DNA from: a virus
Length of the DNA stretch: 64,000 bases
IMG/VR virus record: IMGVR_UViG_3300043427_001796
Direction: 5' to 3' (one strand)
A model generated the notes under the pieces. The model searched no databases and was not told where the DNA came from. It was given only the letters and a program-made list of their open reading frames with translations. Every line of letters begins with the position of its first letter. The stretch's first letter is position 1. Positions 1-7,507 of the stretch are shown here, in pieces. The translations under genes and the position numbers were made by a program.

Positions 1-1
1 T

Positions 2-115
2 AATTGTGGTGACTATGAACCTATTGTTATTATGAAAAAGAATGGTAAGAAACCACTAGTTGTAGTAGACGCAGAGTATTACATTCAATTATTTGGAGAC
101 AAAAATGAAAATTGA
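2..115 (+). CDS. 3' end of a conserved cyanophage protein (possible PD-(D/E)xK/resolvase-like nuclease), truncated by window start
   Basis: Open frame NCGDYEPIVIMKKNGKKPLVVVDAEYYIQLFGDKNEN*; resembles the C-terminus of a common cyanophage protein (recalled, not searched). Confidence 0.55.
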   Translation, partial: NCGDYEPIVIMKKNGKKPLVVVDAEYYIQLFGDKNEN

Positions 116-803
116 TTTACATAACTTCTTTAAACATTACGATGAAAAGAATCCAAAGCATGTTGCTGGAGTAGAATTACTTGAGAAGGTGCTTGAAGCA
201 AAGGCACCAGAAGAAATTGAAGATACTGCTGAGTGGGTCAATAAATTTAGAGAAAAAGCAGCAGATCCAGCAGTGCCATCAGTATTAGATGTGCCATTTT
301 TTCCACAGACAGATAACTACAGAGATGCCCAGAGAACCTGTAACTCATCTGCCTGTGCTATGGCACTAGAGTATTTCAAACCAGGAACATTGCCTGGTCC
401 CAAGGGAGATGATGCCTATGTTAGAAAGGTATTCGCTATTGGCGACTCAACTGATCACTCAGTTCAAACCAAAGTTCTTAAAGACTTTGGAATTGATTCA
501 CGCTTTGAGTATAATCTTAATTTTGCCGAACTTGATCGTCAGCTTGCTGCTGGGAGACCTATTGTTATCGGGTTCTATCATCGTGGTCCTTTATCTGCTC
601 CTACTGGTGGGCACATGGCTGTAGTTATTGGTAAGAAAGGTGAAGACTATGTTGTGAATGATCCATATGGTTCTCTCAACGATGGTTATACTGGACCCGT
701 AACAAATGGCAAGGGTGCTGTGTATAAGAGATCTGAACTGGCGAAGCGATGGTGTCCCAAAGGTAGTGATGGTTGGGGTAGAATCTTTGAAGCAAAAAAG
801 TAG
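105..803 (+). CDS. Peptidase C39-like (papain-fold) cell-wall hydrolase with N-terminal LHNFF domain
   Basis: LDVPFFPQTDN...TCNSSACAM (Cys), GGHMAVVIG (His), VNDPYG (Asp); ATG 105 preferred over TTG 93. Confidence 0.8.
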   Translation: MKIDLHNFFKHYDEKNPKHVAGVELLEKVLEAKAPEEIEDTAEWVNKFREKAADPAVPSVLDVPFFPQTDNYRDAQRTCNSSACAMALEYFKPGTLPGPKGDDAYVRKVFAIGDSTDHSVQTKVLKDFGIDSRFEYNLNFAELDRQLAAGRPIVIGFYHRGPLSAPTGGHMAVVIGKKGEDYVVNDPYGSLNDGYTGPVTNGKGAVYKRSELAKRWCPKGSDGWGRIFEAKK

Positions 804-805
804 AC

Positions 806-1306
806 ATGCCAACCATAAATTCCAATCGGGCAAACAATCCTGATGAAGTTCCTTTGGTTGGTGTTGCTTTAATTAAGGAATTTGAGGGATGTGAATTAGA
901 TGCCTACTACGATCCATACACTGGAGGACTTCCTATCACCATAGGATGGGGAAGCACACGAAACTTTGATGGGAAACCATTTAAAATTACTGATAAGATC
1001 ACACAAAAAGAAGCAGATGATCTTTTAATTAATCAAATCAAAACTCAGTTCATTCCTAAGTTGAAAAAGATTCCTTACTGGGATCAGATGAGCGATAAGA
1101 AACGAGGAGCACTATTATCTTTTGCTTATAATCTTGGCGCTAACTTCTATGGAAGTCCTGACTTCAAAACAATCACTCAGGCATTACAATCTGGAAGATG
1201 GAATGATGTTCCAGGAGCATTAGCGTTGTATCGTAATCCTGGCACTAAGGTAGAAGCAGGACTGATGAGAAGAAGAAAAGCAGAAGGTGCTTTATGGTCA
1301 ACATAA
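806..1306 (+). CDS. GH24 phage lysozyme / endolysin
   Basis: LIKEFEG-x-L-x-AYYDP...TIGWG, ALLSFAYNLG, GLMRRRKAE motifs. Confidence 0.92.
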   Translation: MPTINSNRANNPDEVPLVGVALIKEFEGCELDAYYDPYTGGLPITIGWGSTRNFDGKPFKITDKITQKEADDLLINQIKTQFIPKLKKIPYWDQMSDKKRGALLSFAYNLGANFYGSPDFKTITQALQSGRWNDVPGALALYRNPGTKVEAGLMRRRKAEGALWST

Positions 1307-1307
1307 A

Positions 1308-1314
1308 ATAAATA
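1308..1314 (+). promoter_or_regulatory. T4-type late promoter (ATAAATA)
   Basis: ATAAATA 20 nt before ATG 1334. Confidence 0.6.
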
Positions 1315-1333
1315 GTTCTATATAGGCAAAATT

Positions 1334-2473
1334 ATGGAAGATCAGTTAGGATTACAAGGCGAAGAAACACTCAAGACGAGTCAGCAATCTCAGGATCAAA
1401 TACCACATGATCCTACTGCTGCTGCTCGTTTCCCTGGTGGATATACACCAGTTGGTGATGTAAGTATCACTACACCAGTAGAAGATGCTCCATCAATTAA
1501 TGTAGGTGAAGTTGAAGTTACGGCAGGAATTGATTTTTCCAATCCAGCATTAGAATCCTTTGGATCTTCTGGAGATACTATTATCCCAACTAGTATCACT
1601 CCAGCAGAAGCATTTAAAGCTTATGGAATAGACATTACACCCGTTGGAAAAAATGACATCTCTTTTAATCTTGATACTATATCTTTTGGGAGTGGGAATA
1701 ATGTTGACGACAGCATTGTTGTTGGCGATCTACCAGAACAAGAACAAGTTGTAGACCCCCCTGCCCCACCAGTTGATCCTCCTGTGAACCCCCCTGTTCC
1801 GCCAGTTGATCCGCCTATAGACCCTCCTGTTGAACCACCCGTTGATCCGCCTGTGGACCCCCCTGTAGATCCTCCTGTGGACCCACCAGTTGACCCAGAG
1901 GATCCTGAAGATCCTGAGGAGCCTGATCCTGAAGATCCAGAAGACCCAGACCCAGAGGATCCTGAGGAGCCTGATCCTGAAGATCCAGGCAAAGGTAATC
2001 CTGGTAATGATAAAGAAGTCGGTAACTCGCCATGGGATGGAGAGACAGGAGCATCCGATAATCCAGGTAAAGGTAATCACCAAGATGGACAAGACCCCGA
2101 ACCAAACCAACCTCCAGGCGATTCAAAGAATGATGGAGGACAAAATAATGATTCGGAAAATTCTCCTGGCAATGGAGGAGGTGGAGGAAAACCTGATAAC
2201 CATCAAGACAACGGATGGGGAAATGGAGATGATGATGCTCCAGGTAATTCAGGGCCTCACAATAATGCTGAAAATGATGCTTCTCCTAGTGAGCATTACG
2301 ATGATTTCATTGGAAGATTCATAGAGCAAAATCCAGGAGATCATTGGCACGAAGAGATTCCACCATTTGATGATAATCTATACTATGATGATCCTCAGAT
2401 TTCACCACCAGTGATTGACTTTGAGATTCCAAATTACACAGATGATTTTGGTGCTGCCGACTTTTACGAATAA
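1334..2473 (+). CDS. Acidic Pro-rich low-complexity repeat protein, function unknown
   Basis: (VDPP)n, (DPEDPE)n and GNPGN/DNGWGNGDDDAPGNS motifs; preceded by a late promoter. Confidence 0.75.
   Translation: MEDQLGLQGEETLKTSQQSQDQIPHDPTAAARFPGGYTPVGDVSITTPVEDAPSINVGEVEVTAGIDFSNPALESFGSSGDTIIPTSITPAEAFKAYGIDITPVGKNDISFNLDTISFGSGNNVDDSIVVGDLPEQEQVVDPPAPPVDPPVNPPVPPVDPPIDPPVEPPVDPPVDPPVDPPVDPPVDPEDPEDPEEPDPEDPEDPDPEDPEEPDPEDPGKGNPGNDKEVGNSPWDGETGASDNPGKGNHQDGQDPEPNQPPGDSKNDGGQNNDSENSPGNGGGGGKPDNHQDNGWGNGDDDAPGNSGPHNNAENDASPSEHYDDFIGRFIEQNPGDHWHEEIPPFDDNLYYDDPQISPPVIDFEIPNYTDDFGAADFYE
1748..1990 (+). repeat. Coding tandem repeats (12-nt VDPP units, then DPE/EPDPE units with an exact ~30-nt direct repeat)
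   Basis: gatcctgaggagcctgatcctgaagatccag at ~1910 and ~1957. Confidence 0.85.
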
Positions 2474-2802
2474 GGTTTAGCAATACCTTCATTCAACATC
2501 CTTTCATTTAATGTGACGGGATCACCAACAAGATAAAGAGTGCCAAGTATTCTTCCATACTTGTCCTCTTTTGTTGTTTCAATAATCCACTCTCCCTCAC
2601 GGGAGAGTTCTTTTTCTAGCCATGCTTTTGCTGCTAGACCTTCTGCTTTTTCTGCTAGGTTTGTTGTTCTAGTTTCAGCAGCATCAATATCTTTTAATCT
2701 TACTCTTTGAGAGAGTGTGATACTAAAACCCAGATCAATATCAACATCAATAGTGTCACCATCAATGACCCTGTTGATCTTCTTGATCTTGTATTGATAC
2801 AT
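2464..2802 (-). CDS. Staphylococcal-nuclease (SNase/thermonuclease)-like protein
   Basis: RVIDGDTIDV, RVRLKDIDAAE, DKYGRILG, LNERMLNEG motifs. Confidence 0.88.
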   Translation of the reverse strand: MYQYKIKKINRVIDGDTIDVDIDLGFSITLSQRVRLKDIDAAETRTTNLAEKAEGLAAKAWLEKELSREGEWIIETTKEDKYGRILGTLYLVGDPVTLNERMLNEGIAKPYS

Positions 2803-2911
2803 CTTTAGTCTCCAAATATGCTAATCTTAATATGTAGTAAATGATATAGGCAGTAAATATTAATCCCATGCCTAAGATAATTACTACTCCCCATGGAAAA
2901 TCTTGAATCAT
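2762..2911 (-). CDS. Small membrane protein (49 aa), not in ORF track
   Basis: MIQDFPWGVVIILGMGLIFTAYIIYYILRLAYLETKD...; one TM helix; overlaps both neighbours. Confidence 0.6.
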   Translation of the reverse strand: MIQDFPWGVVIILGMGLIFTAYIIYYILRLAYLETKDVSIQDQEDQQGH

Positions 2912-3102
2912 GATCTACCCTCTTGTTTGTGTATCCAAGTCTTCAGTTCGTGAAGATAATTTCTAAGCATATCTGCTTTTTCTAGATGCCATTCATCACC
3001 ACTCTTAAAATACTCTTGAGTGTGGTTGTCTATTGCCTTTAGTGTGTTGTGAATAGGAGCATTCCAAGGCTCTCTAATCGGAGTGTTCCATTCTCTTGGC
3101 AT
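2908..3102 (-). CDS. Conserved cyanophage hypothetical protein
   Basis: MPREWNTPIREPWNAPIH...; ATG start, part of a minus-strand run. Confidence 0.7.
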   Translation of the reverse strand: MPREWNTPIREPWNAPIHNTLKAIDNHTQEYFKSGDEWHLEKADMLRNYLHELKTWIHKQEGRS

Positions 3103-3123
3103 ACATTTTATGATTAAAATGTT

Positions 3124-3276
3124 TTATGATTGTGATAAGTTTTGCTCAAGATATAATTTTAATTTGTCAACTAAATTTTGATACTCTGCCCAGACAAACT
3201 CAGATCCAGTCTCGTTTTGATAGTGCTTACAGGCAGTAATTAGTCTGTGAATGTCATTCTCTCGTAGCTGATACAT
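3124..3276 (-). CDS. Small hypothetical protein (50 aa), not in ORF track
   Basis: MYQLRENDIHRLITACKHYQNETGSEFVWAEYQNLVDKLKLYLEQNLSQS*. Confidence 0.6.
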   Translation of the reverse strand: MYQLRENDIHRLITACKHYQNETGSEFVWAEYQNLVDKLKLYLEQNLSQS

Positions 3277-3310
3277 GGTGTGTGCCAGTTTTCAATCTGG
3301 ACTATTTAGC

Positions 3311-3339
3311 TTGACAAATGACTAAATATGCCATACTAT
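3311..3339 (+). promoter_or_regulatory. sigma70-type promoter with embedded late-like CTAAATA
   Basis: TTGACA-N17-TACTAT. Confidence 0.75.
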
Positions 3340-3376
3340 GTAAGGGTCTGTAACACACCAGACCTCTTTATCATTA

Positions 3377-3459
3377 GACTTTGAGTGTGACATTTAGAGC
3401 CCAGGAAGGTGCCCCCCGAGAGGGGCGGTATACCCCCCTTCTATTGGGATGTAGAGTTC
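3377..3459 (+). ncRNA. Candidate structured 5' leader RNA of rlpA
   Basis: Nested pairings GACUUU/AGAGUU, ACAU/AUGU, CCCAG/UUGGG, GAAGG/CCUUC, GCCCC/GGGGC; GC-rich island in AT-rich DNA. Confidence 0.55.
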
Positions 3460-3470
3460 AATACAAATTA

Positions 3471-3833
3471 ATGCTTCTTAAAACACTTTCAATTCTTGCC
3501 GTTGCTGTTACGGGACTAGCACCCCTTCAAGCAAAGGCAGCGAGCGGATGTTCCCTCGCTTCACATTATGGAATCGGTGATGGATATCATGGCAGGACTA
3601 CTGCTAATGGTGAACGCTTCAACGCTTATGGAAAATCAGTAGCACATAAATGGCTACCATTTGGAACGAAACTACGGGTTACGAATCAATCTAATGGTAA
3701 GTCGGTAATTGTGTATGTGAATGACAGAGGACCGTTCGTTGCTGGTCGCTCCCTTGACTTGTCTTATGGTGCGTTCTCTTCTATTGCTCATCCAGGGCAA
3801 GGAGTCGCCAGTGTTTGCTATAGTAGGGTCTAA
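3471..3833 (+). CDS. rlpA: RlpA-like DPBB lytic transglycosylase with signal peptide
   Basis: ASHYG...HGRTTANGERFN...AHKWLPFGTKLRVTN...VNDRGPF...LDLS; true start ATG 3471 gives an N-terminal signal peptide. Confidence 0.9.
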   Translation: MLLKTLSILAVAVTGLAPLQAKAASGCSLASHYGIGDGYHGRTTANGERFNAYGKSVAHKWLPFGTKLRVTNQSNGKSVIVYVNDRGPFVAGRSLDLSYGAFSSIAHPGQGVASVCYSRV

Positions 3834-3875
3834 TTATATAATAAATAGTGGGGAGACTGATCACCTCCCCTTTCT

Positions 3876-4196
3876 ATGACAAAATTTAATCAACTAGATG
3901 ATAATGAATTACCTGGGGAGCGAGATGTAGTTGATGTCCTTGCTAAGTCAGGATATTTAAAAGCAGAGAACGATAAGATAAAAGTTTCTTTAGACTCTGC
4001 TGACACCTTAAACATTCAACCCAAAGGAACTATCTTTGGAGCAAAAGTTAAAGTAGAGAGAGACGGATCTGTGACTCCAACTCTAACTTTTGATACTAAA
4101 AAACTTAGAGACAAAGGAAGATACACATCTCCCAAAGATGCTTTAGATCAAGCACTTGAAGATTTTCTGACTAATATGGATGAGGACAATGTTTAA
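3876..4196 (+). CDS. Hypothetical protein
   Basis: 106-aa ORF downstream of late promoter ATAAATA at 3841. Confidence 0.7.
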   Translation: MTKFNQLDDNELPGERDVVDVLAKSGYLKAENDKIKVSLDSADTLNIQPKGTIFGAKVKVERDGSVTPTLTFDTKKLRDKGRYTSPKDALDQALEDFLTNMDEDNV

Positions 4197-4632
4197 ACTT
4201 TTTGAATTCAAAGAAGGAAAGTTTAAAGTATTGCCAACTTTAAATCCAAAGCACATAAAAGGATTCATTATTATTTCAATTATTGCTTTAATCATTGCTG
4301 GATTTTCTGATCATTTTAAAATAGATGAGAAGCAACTCTGGAAAATATACACAGCACTCATTGAAAAACTAGGACTTAAGAATGACATTCCAGATCCAGT
4401 AGATCATCAAAAACAATTGGATGCTAAGGTAGAACTAGAAGTTGATGAAGCAATTCGTAGATACGAACGCTTGACAGGAGACGATGGATCTGTTAGGATT
4501 CCATCACCACGATACTCAGAGGCACCAGTGGACAAGTCTGTGTGCTATACTAAGGAGTGTCAGGCACTGGGAGGAGAGATCCGACTCTGTGCCCCATGGG
4601 TTCCAGATTGCCCCTTGACAAACCAGGAGTGA
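4189..4632 (+). CDS. Hypothetical membrane protein
   Basis: GAGGA SD before ATG 4189; TM segment FIIISIIALIIAGF; Cys-rich C-terminus. Confidence 0.7.
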   Translation: MFKLFEFKEGKFKVLPTLNPKHIKGFIIISIIALIIAGFSDHFKIDEKQLWKIYTALIEKLGLKNDIPDPVDHQKQLDAKVELEVDEAIRRYERLTGDDGSVRIPSPRYSEAPVDKSVCYTKECQALGGEIRLCAPWVPDCPLTNQE

Positions 4633-4643
4633 TCTGTTACTAT
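4615..4643 (+). promoter_or_regulatory. sigma70 promoter for tRNA cluster 1
   Basis: TTGACA-N17-TACTAT. Confidence 0.75.
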
Positions 4644-4729
4644 TATTTCATGAGCAGCGGGGGTCCAAACCTCGCGTCAGTCTCGCCCCTCCCATGCCTC
4701 TCATTGAAGCACAAACAGGGAGGTCTCTA

Positions 4730-4811
4730 GGGTAGGTGTCCGAGTGGTTAATGGAGGTGGACTGTAAATCCACTGGCTCTGCCTACGGGGGTTCAAATCC
4801 CTCCCTGCCCA
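4730..4811 (+). tRNA. tRNA-Tyr(GUA)
   Basis: GGGUAGG/CCUGCCC acceptor, GUGGA-CUGUAAA-UCCAC, long variable arm, GGUUCAAAUCC. Confidence 0.95.
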
Positions 4812-4840
4812 TTGACAATCCGACCAGTCTATGGTAAGAT
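4812..4840 (+). promoter_or_regulatory. sigma70 promoter (extended -10)
   Basis: TTGACA-N17-TAAGAT with TG. Confidence 0.7.
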
Positions 4841-4848
4841 TGTCTCAT

Positions 4849-4922
4849 GTCTCGGTAGCTCAGTTGGATAGAGCATCTGCCTTCTAAGCAGTTGGTCACA
4901 GGTTCAAGTCCTGTCCGAGACG
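4849..4922 (+). tRNA. tRNA-Arg(UCU)
   Basis: GUCUCGG/CCGAGAC, anticodon loop CUUCUAA. Confidence 0.95.
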
Positions 4923-4948
4923 CTTGGAGAAACTGACGGGTTTCTCCT

Positions 4949-5135
4949 GGGTGTGACAGAATAACCTATGTGGTCAAGCACTGGGTAATGTAGATTAGGA
5001 CAGGGGTGATACCCGCCATACGACTAGGAGACTAGAGGTATGAGAATCCACTATCAAGGAGTCCGAAAGTATTGGGAAAACACTTACTATCAGTGAGACC
5101 TTCCCGATTGTGAGTATGATAGAATCTCACCACCC
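4949..5135 (+). ncRNA. Multi-stem structured RNA, probably the manA RNA motif
   Basis: Closing stem GGGUG/CACCC; internal stems ACCUA/UGGGU, GGAC/GUCC, CUAG-GAGA-CUAG, AUUGGGAA/UUCCCGAU, GUGAG/CUCAC; manA RNAs are known next to tRNAs in cyanophages. Confidence 0.6.
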
Positions 5136-5139
5136 TCTA

Positions 5140-5211
5140 GGGCGATTAACTCAGCGGTAGAGTGCCTCCTTTACACGGAGATGGTCACTGGTTCAAATCC
5201 AGTATCGCCCA
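5140..5211 (+). tRNA. tRNA-Val(UAC)
   Basis: GGGCGAU/AUCGCCC, loop UUUACAC. Confidence 0.95.
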
Positions 5212-5291
5212 TAGTCCAATATATAATATGGATAAAGAACGCTATTTAAAAATTCGTAAAGAACTTGACGACATAAAAGGAATGCTTGAAA

Positions 5292-5543
5292 ATGTTAACT
5301 ATCAGATGCAAGAGCTGCGGGAAAGTATTAGAGGAGCACCCATCCCAACTACGCAGTTGCCAATGTCCGAACCTTACATCCATCCGTGGTGGCAACATCA
5401 GTGGACTGGACCTGTCCCTAGTAGAAATAATCTCGGGGGTAAAGTCTCATCATCAAAACTCAGTTCTAACAAGACAGGATCTGGAGTTTCAGGAGCAGAG
5501 ACGCAAGCGTAAGGTTCGTCGTCTGGACTTTGAAGAAAGATAA
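5292..5543 (+). CDS. Zn-ribbon-like conserved cyanophage protein
   Basis: CKSC...CQCPN motif, basic C-terminus RRKRKVRRLDFEER. Confidence 0.7.
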   Translation: MLTIRCKSCGKVLEEHPSQLRSCQCPNLTSIRGGNISGLDLSLVEIISGVKSHHQNSVLTRQDLEFQEQRRKRKVRRLDFEER

Positions 5544-5621
5544 AGATATAATAAAATTCCTTTAGAATGTCTTGATTTTCACACGCTTCTGTCATAAAAT
5601 ACTGACAGAAGCAAGCAAATT

Positions 5622-5825
5622 ATGATCAACCTCCACCAGCGTTTCAATCACTATCTTCATACAGATCGTAAACTTGATCTACAAGATATTAATGAACCTG
5701 TTATTGCTTATGGATGGACTGATAATGGTAAAGATCTTACGGGATATTACCTCTTGACAAAACACCATAAGTTGTTCTATAATCTCAAAGAACAATTCCT
5801 ATATAAAGAGTCTATCGGGATGTAG
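5622..5825 (+). CDS. Hypothetical protein
   Basis: 67-aa ATG ORF; stop codon lies inside tRNA-Pro. Confidence 0.6.
   Translation: MINLHQRFNHYLHTDRKLDLQDINEPVIAYGWTDNGKDLTGYYLLTKHHKLFYNLKEQFLYKESIGM
5754..5783 (+). promoter_or_regulatory. sigma70 promoter for tRNA-Pro/talC
   Basis: TTGACA-N18-TATAAT inside the upstream ORF. Confidence 0.65.
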
Positions 5826-5889
5826 CTCAGTTTGGTAGAGCACTCGCTTTGGGAGCGAGAAGTCGTAGGTTCAAATCCTATCATCCCGA
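5816..5889 (+). tRNA. tRNA-Pro(UGG)
   Basis: CGGGAUG/CAUCCCG, CUCGC-UUUGGGA-GCGAG. Confidence 0.95.
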
Positions 5890-5955
5890 CTCAACTAATT
5901 GTTGTTATTTTTTAATTATATGTCGTCATTTAATATTACAATTCAAAGTAACCCC

Positions 5956-6624
5956 ATGAAAATATTTCTTGATACAGGTGATGTTGATGCAATCTATAAA
6001 AGATATACTACCGGATTAATTGATGGAGTCACGACAAATCCAACTCTTATTTTAAAATCTGGCAGGACACAACAAGAAGTCATTCAAGAAATTGTCGATA
6101 GTTTTCCTGATTTTGAATCTATCTCTGCAGAAGTTGTTGCAGATGACTATGCTAGTATGATACGACAAGGGGTAGATTACTTTACTATCGCTCCAAATGT
6201 CACAATCAAACTTCCATGCACACCAGAAGGACTAAAGGCATGTGCTTATTTTGCAGACATGGAAAATACAGATGGTAAAAAGATAACTACTAATGTAACT
6301 CTTATCTTCTCTGTAGCACAAGCAATTCTAGCAGCAAAAGCAGGAGCAACTTATGTTTCTCCTTTTGTTGGTAGAGTCTATGATAATTCTTTTGATGGTG
6401 TTCAACTGATACAAAATATTTCTGATACATATAAATTACACGGCATCAATACCAAGGTTCTTGCTGCTTCTTTACGAGATGTGCATAGTGTTTCGCGTTG
6501 TTTTATGAGTGGTGCCGATGTTGTTACTATGCCCCCAGAGATTTTTGACAAAATGTATTGTCATGTTCTCACGGATAAGGGACTTGAAACTTTCAACAAA
6601 GATTACGAAGCACAAAACAAATGA
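5956..6624 (+). CDS. talC: Transaldolase (TalC/FSA family)
   Basis: MKIFLDT, GVTTNPTLI, VTIKLP (Schiff-base Lys), NVTLIFS, YVSPFVGR. Confidence 0.95.
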   Translation: MKIFLDTGDVDAIYKRYTTGLIDGVTTNPTLILKSGRTQQEVIQEIVDSFPDFESISAEVVADDYASMIRQGVDYFTIAPNVTIKLPCTPEGLKACAYFADMENTDGKKITTNVTLIFSVAQAILAAKAGATYVSPFVGRVYDNSFDGVQLIQNISDTYKLHGINTKVLAASLRDVHSVSRCFMSGADVVTMPPEIFDKMYCHVLTDKGLETFNKDYEAQNK

Positions 6625-6866
6625 GTCTAACAATCTATTCAAAACCAGGATGTTCGCATTGCCAGAAATTTATTTTCATCGCACAACATCAAGGTCTAGA
6701 TTATGTTGTCTATGAATTGGGAGAGCACTTTACAAAAGAAGAGTTTTATTCTGAGTTTGGTAAAGGAGCAACATTTCCACAGATCGTATTAGGGGACATT
6801 CCACTAGGCGGTTGCAAAGAATCAATTAAATATCTAAAAGAAAAAGAACTTTGTTGTATGATTTGA
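6621..6866 (+). CDS. Glutaredoxin
   Basis: YSKPGCSHC, TFPQI, LGGC. Confidence 0.88.
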   Translation: MSLTIYSKPGCSHCQKFIFIAQHQGLDYVVYELGEHFTKEEFYSEFGKGATFPQIVLGDIPLGGCKESIKYLKEKELCCMI

Positions 6867-6867
6867 T

Positions 6868-7239
6868 ATGTATAGCACACCAGTTAAGGGAACAAACAAA
6901 AACAAAACCACCCTCAACTGGTGGGAATATTGGATCGGTCATTGTTGGATGACTGGTTGGCAATCTATTCGTGGAGCATTTAGAATCTGGGCTGATCTTA
7001 TGGGATCAAACTATAAAGACTATGCTCTACTCAAAAATGACGATCCAGAACAAGAATGTCTTGAATGGTTTTGGGTATCTCTTGGCGAAGATGATACTTA
7101 TCCAAAGTATTTTCTTGAAGAGTTGCTTGAAATGGTAGATCGTATTGATCGTGGTGAAGAAAAACTCATTCCTATGGATGAAGACTTTATAAAAAGATTA
7201 ACAGATCTTGTAGATGATGTGGAGTTAGATGATGACTGA
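6868..7239 (+). CDS. Hypothetical protein (Trp-rich)
   Basis: 123-aa ORF, tightly packed with neighbours. Confidence 0.7.
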   Translation: MYSTPVKGTNKNKTTLNWWEYWIGHCWMTGWQSIRGAFRIWADLMGSNYKDYALLKNDDPEQECLEWFWVSLGEDDTYPKYFLEELLEMVDRIDRGEEKLIPMDEDFIKRLTDLVDDVELDDD

Positions 7240-7507
7240 TATTCATTTGTTTGTTCAAGAAGGTTGCCGTCCATGCATGTATGCTGAGACACAACTAAAG
7301 AAAGTTGAAGGTTGGGAAAATGTTATCACCATCACCAATGCTAAAGTTGGAAATCAATGGACGCAATTTGCCAATGATTGTGGTGTAGTTGCCACACCAA
7401 CTTTAGTTGCTTTAATTGATGGTGTCATTGTTGCCAAGGTTGAAGGATCTAATAACATGACATCTGATTTTTGGAGGGCTACGGTAGAGAAACATGGGAA
7501 TGTTTGA
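7229..7507 (+). CDS. Thioredoxin-like protein
   Basis: GCRPC, GVVATPTLV. Confidence 0.75.
   Translation: MMTDIHLFVQEGCRPCMYAETQLKKVEGWENVITITNAKVGNQWTQFANDCGVVATPTLVALIDGVIVAKVEGSNNMTSDFWRATVEKHGNV

Noticed and set aside
1748-1990. Repeats as a possible CRISPR array
   Set aside because: Codon-periodic, degenerate at third positions, no unique spacers, no cas operon.
1621-2324. Ser/Gly/Thr-repeat and ILKIL-repeat ORFs in alternative frames
   Set aside because: By-products of the VDPP/DPE coding repeats.
3381-3470. N-terminal extension of RlpA from TTG 3381 (also upstream starts at 93, 5162, 5899, 33927, 37208, 38362, 40907)
   Set aside because: These extensions run through promoters, RNA structures, tRNAs or upstream genes; downstream ATGs give the family-typical N-termini.
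5816-5825. ORF stop inside tRNA-Pro as an integration (att) scar
   Set aside because: No duplicated tRNA fragment or integrase in the window; compact packing explains it.
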